DNA from: Sumerlaeia bacterium
Lineage (GTDB): Bacteria; Sumerlaeota; Sumerlaeia; SLMS01; JAHLLQ01
Assembly: GCA_040219255.1 (NCBI GenBank)
Contig: JAVJSW010000042.1
Span: forward strand, 179,529 to 243,528
Reading direction: 5' to 3'
DNA: 64,000 nt
Shown: positions 40,047 through 50,732 of the stretch, piece by piece
How positions within the stretch are numbered: position 1 is the stretch's first letter
Layout: each line of letters starts with the position of its first letter
Program-made: the position numbers and the translations under genes
Notes under the pieces: generated by a model
What the model was told of the DNA's origin: nothing
Seen by the model: the letters and a program-made list of their open reading frames with translations, nothing else
Database searches by the model: none

Positions 40047-41071
40047 CCCAGGCGGAGGAGTTTATCCACTTTCTCGCGAACGGGAGCGAAGTCGGGAAGG
40101 CGATCCGGGATGTAGCGCAGCAGCGTCAGGTCGTCCTTGGTGACGACCCCGCCGCTGAAAAGAAACGCCCGCGCCCGGATCAGGCGATAGAGTTTCACGA
40201 CCTTGCGATCGCTCACGTCCAGCCGGTCTTCCTTCGCCAGCGTCTTGAGGATGCGCTTGAAAAGCGTGTAGACGTCCTCCGGGAAATTCACGGCACCCAT
40301 GCGGTCCTTGCCGTTGTGGCCCTGGATGTCCCGCAACATCAGGTGATCGAACACGAGCTTGAGTTTGGCGTAATCCTCCAGGGAAGCGATGCCGGCCCAG
40401 GGGCGCTGGTTGAACGCGCGATAGGATTCGTTCTGCAACCCGGCCTCGATCAGCTCGTCGAAGAACCGGTCGCGCACGGCTTCGCTCTCGACCTTCATGA
40501 CGAAGCGATCACGCAGCGCCGCAAGTTCCGTGAATTCAGGGATTTCATTCGTCGCGCCAAACAGCATCACCATCCGCACCGGAACCGGTTTGCCGTCCTG
40601 ATAGAATTTGCGCTCGTTGATGATCGTCAGCAGAGTATTGAGAATGGCCGAGTTGGACTTGAAAATTTCATCCAGGAAGACAATGCGGGCTTCCGGCAGT
40701 TTGCCTCCGGTGCGGCGCAGGTAGCGGCCGTCCTTGAGTTCGTTGATGTCGACGGGGCCGAGGATTTCACTCGGCTCCGTGAACTTGGTCAGCATGTACT
40801 CGAAGTAGTCGGTGCCGCCGAGGCCGAGAGATTCGCAGAATTTCACCACCAGATCGCTCTTCGCGGTGCCCGGCTTGCCGACCAGCAGCAGCGGTTCCTG
40901 CGCCATCATGCAGAGCACCATGAGATCGACGATCTCCGACTTGTCCACGAAGTAGGAACTGAGCCGGCCCCGCATCGCGTTGACGCGGCTGCGCAGGGTA
41001 TCGACCTCCGGCAAGACCGACTCCAGGGTGAAGTCCCAGGTCATTGGCGCGTTTGGCGTGGTGGTTGTCAC
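40043..41071 (-). CDS. MoxR/RavA-family AAA+ ATPase
   Basis: Walker A GKPGTAKS, FTEPSEILGP, Walker B FLDEIFKSNSAILNTLL, ALRDRF. Start GTG 41071 (GGGAG RBS) or ATG 41044. Confidence 0.9.
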   Translation of the reverse strand: MTTTTPNAPMTWDFTLESVLPEVDTLRSRVNAMRGRLSSYFVDKSEIVDLMVLCMMAQEPLLLVGKPGTAKSDLVVKFCESLGLGGTDYFEYMLTKFTEPSEILGPVDINELKDGRYLRRTGGKLPEARIVFLDEIFKSNSAILNTLLTIINERKFYQDGKPVPVRMVMLFGATNEIPEFTELAALRDRFVMKVESEAVRDRFFDELIEAGLQNESYRAFNQRPWAGIASLEDYAKLKLVFDHLMLRDIQGHNGKDRMGAVNFPEDVYTLFKRILKTLAKEDRLDVSDRKVVKLYRLIRARAFLFSGGVVTKDDLTLLRYIPDRLPDFAPVREKVDKLLRLG

Positions 41072-41282
41072 AAGGGCTCCCGTCCCGATTGGCGAAATAT
41101 TGGCGTAAAGTGCCCCCGATTCCCTGGCGGTGTCAAGACTTGCCGGGCGGCCCGGGGCGTGAGCGGCGGCGAGGCGGGGGTCCGCTCTCCCCTTGCTTCC
41201 GCGGCGCCCCTGACTTTTCCTGCCCCCTTGCCAGTCCCGCGTCCCCGCGGGCCGACTCCCCGGCCGCTGAATGCCTGCTCCC

Positions 41283-44200
41283 ATGTCCTCCAATCTTTTC
41301 TTCAAACGACTGGAATTGCACGGTTTCAAGTCCTTTGGCCACAAGACCCGGGTCGAGTTCCTGCCCGGCTTTACCGTGGTGGTGGGGCCGAACGGCTGTG
41401 GCAAATCGAACATTCTGGATTCGATTCGGTGGGTGCTGGGCGAGACGAGCGCCAAGAGCCTGCGCGGCGGCAAGATGGGCGACGTGGTTTTTCGCGGCAG
41501 CCAGAGCACCCGTGCGGCGGGTCTGGCTCAGGTGACGCTCACGCTCGACAATGGCCGGGGGTTGCTCAAGCTCGATCAGCCCGAGGTTTCCATCACGCGC
41601 CGGCTTTTCGCCACCGGCGAATCCGAGTACCGCATCAACAACGTCAAGTGCCGCATGCGCGACGTCCACGAAATCCTGCTGGATACGGGCCTGGGAGCCG
41701 ATGGCTACAGCGTCATCGAGCAGGGCCAGGTGGGTCAGATGGTCTCGGCGAAGCCCAGCGAGCGGCGCCAGCTTTTCGAAGAAGCGGCCGGCATCAGCCG
41801 CTACAAGGCCCGCCGCGAGGAAACGCTGCGCAAACTCAAGCGCACCGAGGAAGACCTGACGCGCATTCAGGACATCGTCTCGGAAGTCGAGCGCCAGGCG
41901 AATTCGCTGCGCAACCAGGCCGCCAAAGCGCGGCGCTACCGCCGGCTCAAAAAGCGCCTGCGCCGCATGCAGCAGCGCCTCATCGTCCTGCGTCACGCCT
42001 CGCTGTCGGGTTTCTACAAGGATACAAAGCAGAAATTCGAAGACGCGAAGAAGGCCTTTGAAGAATCGGCGGCCGCCGTGGCACGCGCCGACACCGCGGT
42101 GGAGACGCTGACCAAGGAAGTCGAAGTTCTGCAAACGCAAGTAACCGAGCTGCAGGGCAAAGGTTACGAGGTGCAGACGGAACTGGAGCGAGAAAAGTTT
42201 CGTGCCCAGAGCGCCAAGCAGCGCATCGCCCAGGCCGATGAACGCTCGACTGCTATCGCCCGCGAACTGGAAAGCCACGAAGCCCGGCTGGCCACGCTCT
42301 CGGGGACCATTGAGGCGCTGGAGCTAGACCTGGCGAACGAGGAAGCGGACCTGCAAGTCAAGCGGGCCGAATTGGAAGAACGCACTCGTGAACTGGATGC
42401 GTTGCGGGGCCAGGCCAGCGAGGCCGAACGCGAGCGGGCCAAACTGCGCGCCGACCTCAACGACCTGACCCGCAAGCGCTCGCTTCTGGAAAGCGACAAG
42501 CGGCTCGCGGAGAACCTGATCGAGCGCCTCGCGGCGGACCTGGAAACGCAGGAGAAGACCTACGAGGAAGCCAAGCAGCGGGCCGACACGTCGGAGGAAG
42601 AATTCACCGGCCTCATGAACCGGGCCAACGCGATCCGCGAGAGGCTGGAAAATCTGCGGGCGGAACGGAAAGTCATCGCCGAACGGATCTCTCAGGAAGA
42701 CGCGAGTCAGCAGCGCCTCAATAGCGTCCTCGAAGCGATGTCCGCCGAATTGAGCCGGACCGCCTCGCGGCTCCACGCGCTCAAGGAGTTGGAGGAAAAC
42801 TACGAGGGTCTCTTCCGCGGCGTGAAGGAAGTCATGAAAGCCTCGGACCGCAATGAACTGCGTGGGATCATCGGCGTGGTGTCCTCCCTGGTGGTCGTGC
42901 CCGAGCACCTGGAAATCGCGATGGAAGTGGCCCTCGGCGGAAGCCTGCAGGATATCGTCGTGCAGACCTACGACGAAGCGAAGCGGGCCATCGGATTCCT
43001 GAAACAGCGCAACTTCGGCCGCGCGACTTTCCTGCCGTTGGATTTCGTGCAGACCGATTTCAACGAGTCGCACCTGCAACGCATCTGGGGACGCAAGGGT
43101 GTGCTGGGCCTCGGGCGCGATCTGATCGAGTACGACAAGCGCATCGAAGCCGCGATCCGCAACTTGTTCAAGAGCACGGTCATCGTCGATCATATCGACA
43201 TCGCAGCGGAATTGCAGCGCGAAGGCATCCGCAACCGGTTCGTTTCGCTGCAGGGCGATGTGGTGAACCCGGGCGGCGCGCTGACCGGCGGCAGCCATCA
43301 GTCCAAGGGCCTGCTCTCGCGAAGCCGGGAAATTCGCGACCTGCAAGACAAAGTGAAGCGCGGCGAGGAAGAAATCGCCCAGGCGCGCCAACGCTATCAG
43401 GAAGCGAAAGACCGCCTCGGCCAGTTGCAGGCCCAGGCGGCGGCGCTGCAAAGTGACCTGCACAATGCGGAAATGGACGAAGCCCGCGTGCAGCGCGACC
43501 TGCAAGCGAGCGAGCGCGAGCGCAAAGAAACACGCAACCGCATGGCGACGGTGGAAGCGCGCCTGACGCAATTGCGTCTCGACCGCCAGAAGCAGACGGA
43601 AGTCATCGAGGAAAGCGACCTGAGCACGGGTCAGCTCAACATCCGTATCGAGGAAGCGCAGCGCCTCGTCGAGGAGCAGGAAGCGGCGGGTTCGGCGCGG
43701 CAGCTCGATCTGCAAACGCTGGCCGAGGACGTGGCGGTGCGGCGCGAAGCCCTGGCCGGACAGCGTCAACGGACCGAATCGCTCCGCGAGCGGCTGAAGG
43801 AAATTCGCCGCGGCATCGAGGAATCGGCCGCCGACCGCCTCAAGCGCGAGGAAGAGCGGACGGCGCTTTCGGAAGGCAAAATCGAGGCGGAGGCGGAGCG
43901 CGAGGCGGCCGATTACAGCATCGGCAACTTGGCCCGCGAACTCGAAGGCATTCAGCAGCAGATCGGCGAGCTGACGGCCCTGCGCGAGGAGAAAGTCAAC
44001 CGGCTGCGGTCGGATCAGCTCGAATCGCAGCGCCTTCTGCGCGATCGCAACGAACGCGACAACGCGGTGCGCGAGGCGGAAGTCAAAGTGGCGGAGTTGA
44101 AAGCGCAACTCGAGTACCTGGACCGCGAAGCCCAGGAAGAATTCGAAATGACCGTCGCCGACATCCGCAAAGCCCTGGAAGAAGAAGCCCGGGCTCAGCA

Positions 44201-45074
44201 GGAAGCGATGGCGGCGGCGGATGAGGCTCGCAAGAACGCCTACACCGTCGTGCCCGTGGACGAGCAGGAACTTCCGCCGGAAGAGGACGAGACCGAAGAC
44301 GGCAAGGACGAACCGGAAATCTCGCAGTCGGAAGAAGACACGCGGCGCGAAGCGGCGGAAATGGCCGAGGACGACACCTTTGTGGCGCCCGCGGACCTGC
44401 GCGCGCGAGTCACGGATTTGCGCGAGAAGTTGGCAAAAATCGGCGCCGTCAACGAAGCAGCCATCGAGGAATACGAGGAGGCGAGCCAGCGCCTGCGGTT
44501 CCTGGTCGAACAGCGCGACGACCTCCAGCAGGCCAGCGACGCCCTGAAATCGACCATCGAGAGCATCGACGAAACGACCGCCCGGCTCTTCCGCGAGGCC
44601 CTGGAGGCCATCCGCACCAACTTCAGCGAAATGTTCCAGAACCTTTTCAACGGCGGCAAAGCGGACCTGCTCCTCGTCGAGGACGAGAAGCATCCCGAAC
44701 CCGGCATCGACATTTTCGCCCAGCCCCCCGGCAAGAAAATCGGCGGCAGCATCATGCTGATGTCCGGCGGCGAAAAGGCTCTGACCGCCATCGCGCTCAT
44801 GTTCGCGCTGTTCCACTATAAGCCGTCGCCGATCTGTATTCTCGACGAAATCGACGCACCCCTGGACGACGTGAACGTGATGCGTATGTGCAAGGCGCTC
44901 AAGGATTTCGCCCGCGACACGCAGTACCTCATCATCACCCACAACAAGATCTCGATGCAGCTCGCCGACTCGATCTATGGCGTCACGATGCAGGAACCGG
45001 GCGTTAGCAAAGTCGTCAACGTGCAGTTCGACGAAGTCGAAGATGCGGGACTTCTGGACGACAAGGCGGGGTAA
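41283..45074 (+). CDS. smc: Chromosome segregation protein SMC
   Basis: GFKSF, VGPNGCGKSN, FEEAAGIS, hinge GRATFLPL...GGALTGG, MSGGEKALTA, ILDEIDAPLD, IITH. Confidence 0.97.
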   Translation: MSSNLFFKRLELHGFKSFGHKTRVEFLPGFTVVVGPNGCGKSNILDSIRWVLGETSAKSLRGGKMGDVVFRGSQSTRAAGLAQVTLTLDNGRGLLKLDQPEVSITRRLFATGESEYRINNVKCRMRDVHEILLDTGLGADGYSVIEQGQVGQMVSAKPSERRQLFEEAAGISRYKARREETLRKLKRTEEDLTRIQDIVSEVERQANSLRNQAAKARRYRRLKKRLRRMQQRLIVLRHASLSGFYKDTKQKFEDAKKAFEESAAAVARADTAVETLTKEVEVLQTQVTELQGKGYEVQTELEREKFRAQSAKQRIAQADERSTAIARELESHEARLATLSGTIEALELDLANEEADLQVKRAELEERTRELDALRGQASEAERERAKLRADLNDLTRKRSLLESDKRLAENLIERLAADLETQEKTYEEAKQRADTSEEEFTGLMNRANAIRERLENLRAERKVIAERISQEDASQQRLNSVLEAMSAELSRTASRLHALKELEENYEGLFRGVKEVMKASDRNELRGIIGVVSSLVVVPEHLEIAMEVALGGSLQDIVVQTYDEAKRAIGFLKQRNFGRATFLPLDFVQTDFNESHLQRIWGRKGVLGLGRDLIEYDKRIEAAIRNLFKSTVIVDHIDIAAELQREGIRNRFVSLQGDVVNPGGALTGGSHQSKGLLSRSREIRDLQDKVKRGEEEIAQARQRYQEAKDRLGQLQAQAAALQSDLHNAEMDEARVQRDLQASERERKETRNRMATVEARLTQLRLDRQKQTEVIEESDLSTGQLNIRIEEAQRLVEEQEAAGSARQLDLQTLAEDVAVRREALAGQRQRTESLRERLKEIRRGIEESAADRLKREEERTALSEGKIEAEAEREAADYSIGNLARELEGIQQQIGELTALREEKVNRLRSDQLESQRLLRDRNERDNAVREAEVKVAELKAQLEYLDREAQEEFEMTVADIRKALEEEARAQQEAMAAADEARKNAYTVVPVDEQELPPEEDETEDGKDEPEISQSEEDTRREAAEMAEDDTFVAPADLRARVTDLREKLAKIGAVNEAAIEEYEEASQRLRFLVEQRDDLQQASDALKSTIESIDETTARLFREALEAIRTNFSEMFQNLFNGGKADLLLVEDEKHPEPGIDIFAQPPGKKIGGSIMLMSGGEKALTAIALMFALFHYKPSPICILDEIDAPLDDVNVMRMCKALKDFARDTQYLIITHNKISMQLADSIYGVTMQEPGVSKVVNVQFDEVEDAGLLDDKAG

Positions 45075-45086
45075 GCGGGCGCGGGC

Positions 45087-46199
45087 CTACCTCTCGCAGA
45101 ACTCGTAGCTGGCGGCCAAAGCCCCCATGTCGGCGCGGTAGCCCGAGGGCGAAGTCAGATAGTCGTTCGCGCCCTTGTCGTCGTTCAGATAAGCCTCCAG
45201 AAACGCCAGGGTCCCCACCTCGATGACTTCCCGAAAGGCCGCATCCTTTGCGGGATCGCCGCCTTGGCCCTGGATGGCGGTGGCGTTGCGGCCGGCGAGT
45301 CGCTCGCGAAGGCGCGCGCCGAAGCGCCCCTCGCCGCCCGCACGACCCTCTCGTTCCCGCCGGCTCCGTTCCCGCCCCGAGAAGACCATGTGATCGCCCC
45401 CTTCCAGGATGACCAGATACTGTGGCGTACCGCTTTCGTTCGCACAGATGGCGTCGTAGGGAATGCGCCGGTCCTCGGCTTTCGTTTCACGGATCGGGCT
45501 GTCGTCCAGCGTACCGGTCATGTGAAACGTCGGCACGTAGTAATCGGCATAGATTTTCTGGGTTCCGCTTTCACGAGCCTTCGCGGGTGCGGAGAGCGCG
45601 ATGGCGGCTTTGACCCGCGGGTCCGTGAAGTCAAAGGGGGCGTCGGTCCGGGCAGCGCCGAGCAACTGACCGGACACCGCCAGCGCGGTGAAGGCGCCAA
45701 AACTGTGGCCCGCGACGGCAATGCGTTCGGCGTCCACTTGACCGGCCAACCCGTTGTCCGGAGCCGCATTGCGGCGGATCAATTCGTCGATGACGAAGGT
45801 GATATCCTTCGGCCGATCCGTGACCACGGCAATGTCCCGCGTGGCGGCCTTGAGCGATTCCAGCGGTTCCTCCCGCCCTCGCCAGGCCGAGTCGTCGCTG
45901 CCGGGATGCTGGGCGTGGACGGACAGGTAGCCGTGGCTTGCCCAGTGCTGGCCGAGATAAGCGGCGGCTTCCCGGGTTCCGCCAAGGCCATGGGAGAAGA
46001 TCACGACCGGCCGGGGGCCCGGGGCGTCCGGCACATACAACCGGACCGGGATGTCTCGGTCCCGGCCGGCATCGCTCCAGGTTTGGTCGAGGACCTGGAC
46101 AGAATGGGGCCCAGCGGCGGTGGTGAACTCAGCGCCTGCCGAGCGAACGAGCAAGAGGCAGAGAGTCAAAATGGCAGCCAGAAGAAGAGAGCGAGTCAT
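45087..46199 (-). CDS. Secreted alpha/beta hydrolase (chlorophyllase/PAF-acetylhydrolase-like)
   Basis: Signal peptide; FSHGLGG, QHPGSD, nucleophile GHSFG, TGTLD, GGDH. Confidence 0.85.
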   Translation of the reverse strand: MTRSLLLAAILTLCLLLVRSAGAEFTTAAGPHSVQVLDQTWSDAGRDRDIPVRLYVPDAPGPRPVVIFSHGLGGTREAAAYLGQHWASHGYLSVHAQHPGSDDSAWRGREEPLESLKAATRDIAVVTDRPKDITFVIDELIRRNAAPDNGLAGQVDAERIAVAGHSFGAFTALAVSGQLLGAARTDAPFDFTDPRVKAAIALSAPAKARESGTQKIYADYYVPTFHMTGTLDDSPIRETKAEDRRIPYDAICANESGTPQYLVILEGGDHMVFSGRERSRREREGRAGGEGRFGARLRERLAGRNATAIQGQGGDPAKDAAFREVIEVGTLAFLEAYLNDDKGANDYLTSPSGYRADMGALAASYEFCER

Positions 46200-46479
46200 G
46201 AGGCGTTACCTCCAAATAGGAATGGCCGAGAGAATCAGCCGACCCCGTGCCCGCTTAACAGGGTTCGAAACGTGGAAAACCGAACCCTTTGGTGCAATTC
46301 GGTGCCGGGCGGGGCCGGGTGATGCACGCCTTGGTACGGTCTTTGGAACGCGAAACTCAGGCAAAGATTCTGTTAGGGCGTTCGGATTTGCTTGCAAACC
46401 GAAGCCCGATGCGCTGGATTGCTCGGTTACTCATTCGGAGCGAACTCCCGCAGATCGCTCCAAAGAAAGCCGCAATGCC

Positions 46480-47457
46480 ATGAAAAAATCCGTCTTCTCA
46501 ATCACCGCACTCACCCTCGCACTCCTCACCTTGATGCCCGCTTCGTTGTTCGCCTGGGGGCGGGATGGTCACGCTATTGTCGGCTTGATCGCGGAAGCGC
46601 ACCTGACTCCGGAAGCCAAGGCCGCCGTCGCGGAACTCCTCGAACCGGGCGAGAGCCTCGCCACCGTTGCGTCCTGGGCGGATGAAGTGCGTCCCGACCG
46701 CGATCATACCCGGCCCTGGCATTACGCGAACTGGACGCTGACGTCCCCCACTCCGACCTATGATCTTCTGACCGAGCAACCGGAAGGCAACGTGGTCTGG
46801 GCGGTGCAGGCCAACGCAGAGCGCGCGTTCAATCCCGCCGAGCCGAAGCTCAACCGTCAGGAAGCCCTGAAGTTCGCCGTGCATTTCGTCGGCGACATGC
46901 ACCAACCGCTCCACCTCGGCATGGAGGCCGATCGCGGAGCGAACTCGGTTTACGTCAGTTGGGAAGGCGAAAGCTCCAACCTGCACCGAACCTGGGACTC
47001 CTCTGTCATTCGCCAGACCCAAAGGGGGCCCACCGAGTATTCGGAGTTGCTGATGGATCGCATCACGACGGAAACGATTCAGAATGCGCAGGCCGGCGGT
47101 CTGATCGATTGGGCGATCGAGAGCCGGCGCCTCGCCGTGCGCCACGCCTATGGGAACCTGCCCGAGAATGTCGTTCGGGAATTGGATGGAAAATTCCCCG
47201 GCGAGTTCACGGGAGTCGCTGGCGCGTTCTATGAACCGGGCGAAGCCGACATGGTCGAAACCTTCTACATCAATCGCGGCGAAATCAAGACCGCCATCCA
47301 GCCGGAAGTGTCGAAAGTCTACGCCGAACGGGCGCTTCCCGTGATCGAGCGGCAATTGCTCCACGGCGGGTTGCGTCTCGCAAAGATCCTCAACGAAGGC
47401 TTTGCCACGCAGGGCGTACGGCCGGGCTCCGACGCCATGTCCTCAGCCAAACCGTAA
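46480..47457 (+). CDS. Secreted S1/P1 nuclease
   Basis: Signal peptide then mature WGRDGH; WADEVR, WHY, HFVGDMHQPLH, NLHRTWDS, GGLRLAKILN. Confidence 0.92.
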   Translation: MKKSVFSITALTLALLTLMPASLFAWGRDGHAIVGLIAEAHLTPEAKAAVAELLEPGESLATVASWADEVRPDRDHTRPWHYANWTLTSPTPTYDLLTEQPEGNVVWAVQANAERAFNPAEPKLNRQEALKFAVHFVGDMHQPLHLGMEADRGANSVYVSWEGESSNLHRTWDSSVIRQTQRGPTEYSELLMDRITTETIQNAQAGGLIDWAIESRRLAVRHAYGNLPENVVRELDGKFPGEFTGVAGAFYEPGEADMVETFYINRGEIKTAIQPEVSKVYAERALPVIERQLLHGGLRLAKILNEGFATQGVRPGSDAMSSAKP

Positions 47458-47543
47458 GTCGCCACCGCCCGGCGCGGGCTTTGCATTCCGGTGCCGACGG
47501 GGTGCCCCGGCCCTTCGCCAATTCCTGCCCCCCTCTAGCCCCC

Positions 47544-47831
47544 ATGCGCCGCCCCATCGTCCTCTCTCTCGCCAGCAACGCCGCCGTCCAGGCCGGTCTT
47601 TGGTTCAGCATCGCCATCGGTTTTTCCACCGACGTCGTCACCGCGAAGTATTTCCTGATGGCGTTGCCGTTCCTGTTCCTGGTGTCGCTGGGACTGACGA
47701 TTTTTGTCACGGCGGCCAGCATCTTGCGGCAGCACGATGTCGAGCCGCCGCTGCGCCGCTTCGCCTGGGCCGAGGGCGCGAGCCTGCTGGCCGCCATTCT
47801 GGTCTGCATCGGAGTCGCCGCCACCCAATGA
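47544..47831 (+). CDS. Small membrane protein
   Basis: About three hydrophobic segments; stop overlaps the next ATG (ATGA). Confidence 0.55.
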   Translation: MRRPIVLSLASNAAVQAGLWFSIAIGFSTDVVTAKYFLMALPFLFLVSLGLTIFVTAASILRQHDVEPPLRRFAWAEGASLLAAILVCIGVAATQ

Positions 47832-48484
47832 CCGATCCCGCCATCTTCACCGAAGCCACCGAAGTTTACCTCGCCCGGCGCGGCGTTCAAGCGCTCCCCC
47901 ACCCCGTCTTTGAAGACATGCAGGCGCTCGCCAACCGCAAAGTCTTCCCCATCGTGGGGCCAGAAGCGGGGCGGTTCTTCCTGCAACTCGCTCGGCTCAA
48001 GCGGCCCCGCCGCGTGCTGGAACTGGGCAGCGGCTTCGGCTACTCGGCGATCTGGTTCGCCTTGGCCTGCGAGCACACGCGCGTGGTCTGCACGGAATTC
48101 AACGCTGAGAACATCGCCATGGGACAAGACTTCGCCGCGCAGGCCGGAGTGGCCGGCCGCATCGAATGGCACGAGGGCGACGCCCTGGATTACGCCCGAT
48201 CCCTCGGTCAACCCGAACCCTTCGACGTCGTATTCTGCGACATCGACAAGGCGGACTACCCCCGCGCGTGGCGCCTCTGCCGCGAGAAACTGACCGGCCC
48301 CGGGTCGTTGATCCTGTTCGACAACATCCTCTGGAGCGGACGCGTCGCCCTAAGCGCCGGTAAGCAAGACGAAGCCACCCGCGCCGTGGTCGAGACGACG
48401 GACCTGGCCTATGCGGACGAGGGCGTGGACGTGAGCATCGTTCCGATCCGGGACGGAATCCTGACGGCGATGACAAGAGAATAG
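47828..48484 (+). CDS. SAM-dependent O-methyltransferase (caffeoyl-CoA/YrrM-like)
   Basis: VLELGSGFGYSA, FDVVFCDIDK, DNILWSG, PIRDG. Confidence 0.9.
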   Translation: MTDPAIFTEATEVYLARRGVQALPHPVFEDMQALANRKVFPIVGPEAGRFFLQLARLKRPRRVLELGSGFGYSAIWFALACEHTRVVCTEFNAENIAMGQDFAAQAGVAGRIEWHEGDALDYARSLGQPEPFDVVFCDIDKADYPRAWRLCREKLTGPGSLILFDNILWSGRVALSAGKQDEATRAVVETTDLAYADEGVDVSIVPIRDGILTAMTRE

Positions 48485-48577
48485 GAGCGGTCTTGTCGGA
48501 CTAAGCCGACAAATTTTGTCGTTATTCATTTTCCCCCGAGCGAAAAAACTTCCGCCGTTTCCCACGCCCACACATAG

Positions 48578-49633
<1,056 letters not shown>

Positions 49634-49673
49634 GGGCTGACGACTGTTCAACCCGCCCAAACGGACTCGTGAT

Positions 49674-49712
49674 ATGCGCCCCTCTTCTGGCAAGAGAGGC
49701 GCATTTTTCTTT
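49674..49712 (+). terminator. Rho-independent terminator after mdh
   Basis: ATGCGCCCCTCTT / AAGAGAGGCGCAT stem (one mismatch) followed by TTTTCTTT. Confidence 0.7.
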
Positions 49713-49775
49713 GCCACCTGCCGCACAGCCCCCTAGCGTTTCAACCATGCACGTTTCACCGAAGGACCACGCCCA

Positions 49776-50732
49776 ATGCGCCGTTTCCTCACCACGACAC
49801 TGATTCTTCTCGCGGCTTTGGCCGTGCCCATGCAGGCCTCCGCCGGCTACCTCGCCGATCGCGGCAACGACTTCCTCGACATTTTCCGCTTTCGCGCCGG
49901 CGTGCCACGTCATGGCGAGGGCTATGGCGCGAAGGTCCGCGCGACGGCTCTGGCCCAGGCCGGGTTCGTCCACTACAATGGAAGCTACTGGGGCCTCGAT
50001 CGCCGCGCCTTCGGACTGGTCGAGGAGCAGCGCACCGAGGGCGGTGTGTCCCTGGCCTACGCCTCGACCCACAACGTGATGCCCTACTGGGGCAACATGT
50101 GGCTCGACGAGGACACGATCTGGCACCGGGCCGAGGAGCGCCACATCGTGCGCAATCTTCCCTACTGGGACAACGGGCGCGGGCATTTCTTCAGCCTGGA
50201 AACCGAAGTGGCGACACCCATCTTCGGCATCGACCTGGGCCTATACCCCACCGAAGCCATCGATTTTCTGACCGGGATCGTGACGATCGATCCCTGGAAC
50301 GACGACGCTTCCCGCATCGCCCGCAGCTACGAGTACCGTCCCGCCTACATCATCCCCAGTACTGATCCGGAACCGGACATGGACGCCGCGGAAAACCGCA
50401 AACGGCTGGAATTGATGAGCCTGACGGAAGACGGCGGCGTCTCGCCGCTGGTGGGTCAGGATCTGGACCGCGACGATTTCGACCTGCGGGCGCCGACGGA
50501 AGTGGGCCCCTATGAAGCCGTCGTCGGCGAAGGCGACACCCGCATCGACCGCCGCAACGAAGGCGGCGAAGCCTATCCCGCCATGATCACGCCCGGCCGG
50601 ACGACGAACCCGATGCCGGAGGAACCGGCCGGCGGCCTGCAACCAACCCGGATCCCGCCCGCGGATGCGAGCGAGGGCATCGACAACAGCCGCGTGACTA
50701 CCCGCGCGGTGGCGACTCCGCAGGGGAACTGA
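49776..50732 (+). CDS. Secreted hypothetical protein
   Basis: Signal peptide (ASA); YLADRGNDFLDIF...EAIDFLTGIVTIDP; disordered acidic tail; TGATG overlap with the next gene. Confidence 0.7.
   Translation: MRRFLTTTLILLAALAVPMQASAGYLADRGNDFLDIFRFRAGVPRHGEGYGAKVRATALAQAGFVHYNGSYWGLDRRAFGLVEEQRTEGGVSLAYASTHNVMPYWGNMWLDEDTIWHRAEERHIVRNLPYWDNGRGHFFSLETEVATPIFGIDLGLYPTEAIDFLTGIVTIDPWNDDASRIARSYEYRPAYIIPSTDPEPDMDAAENRKRLELMSLTEDGGVSPLVGQDLDRDDFDLRAPTEVGPYEAVVGEGDTRIDRRNEGGEAYPAMITPGRTTNPMPEEPAGGLQPTRIPPADASEGIDNSRVTTRAVATPQGN

Noticed and set aside
42324-44942. 872-aa antisense ORF and similar long shadow ORFs (e.g. 20665-22614, 31433-33088, 33251-35089, 52386-54176, 55448-57394)
   Set aside because: They lie opposite well-supported genes (smc, glyQS, pyrG, nadB, icd, rnj). 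Long antisense frames are expected in high-GC DNA and these show no motifs.
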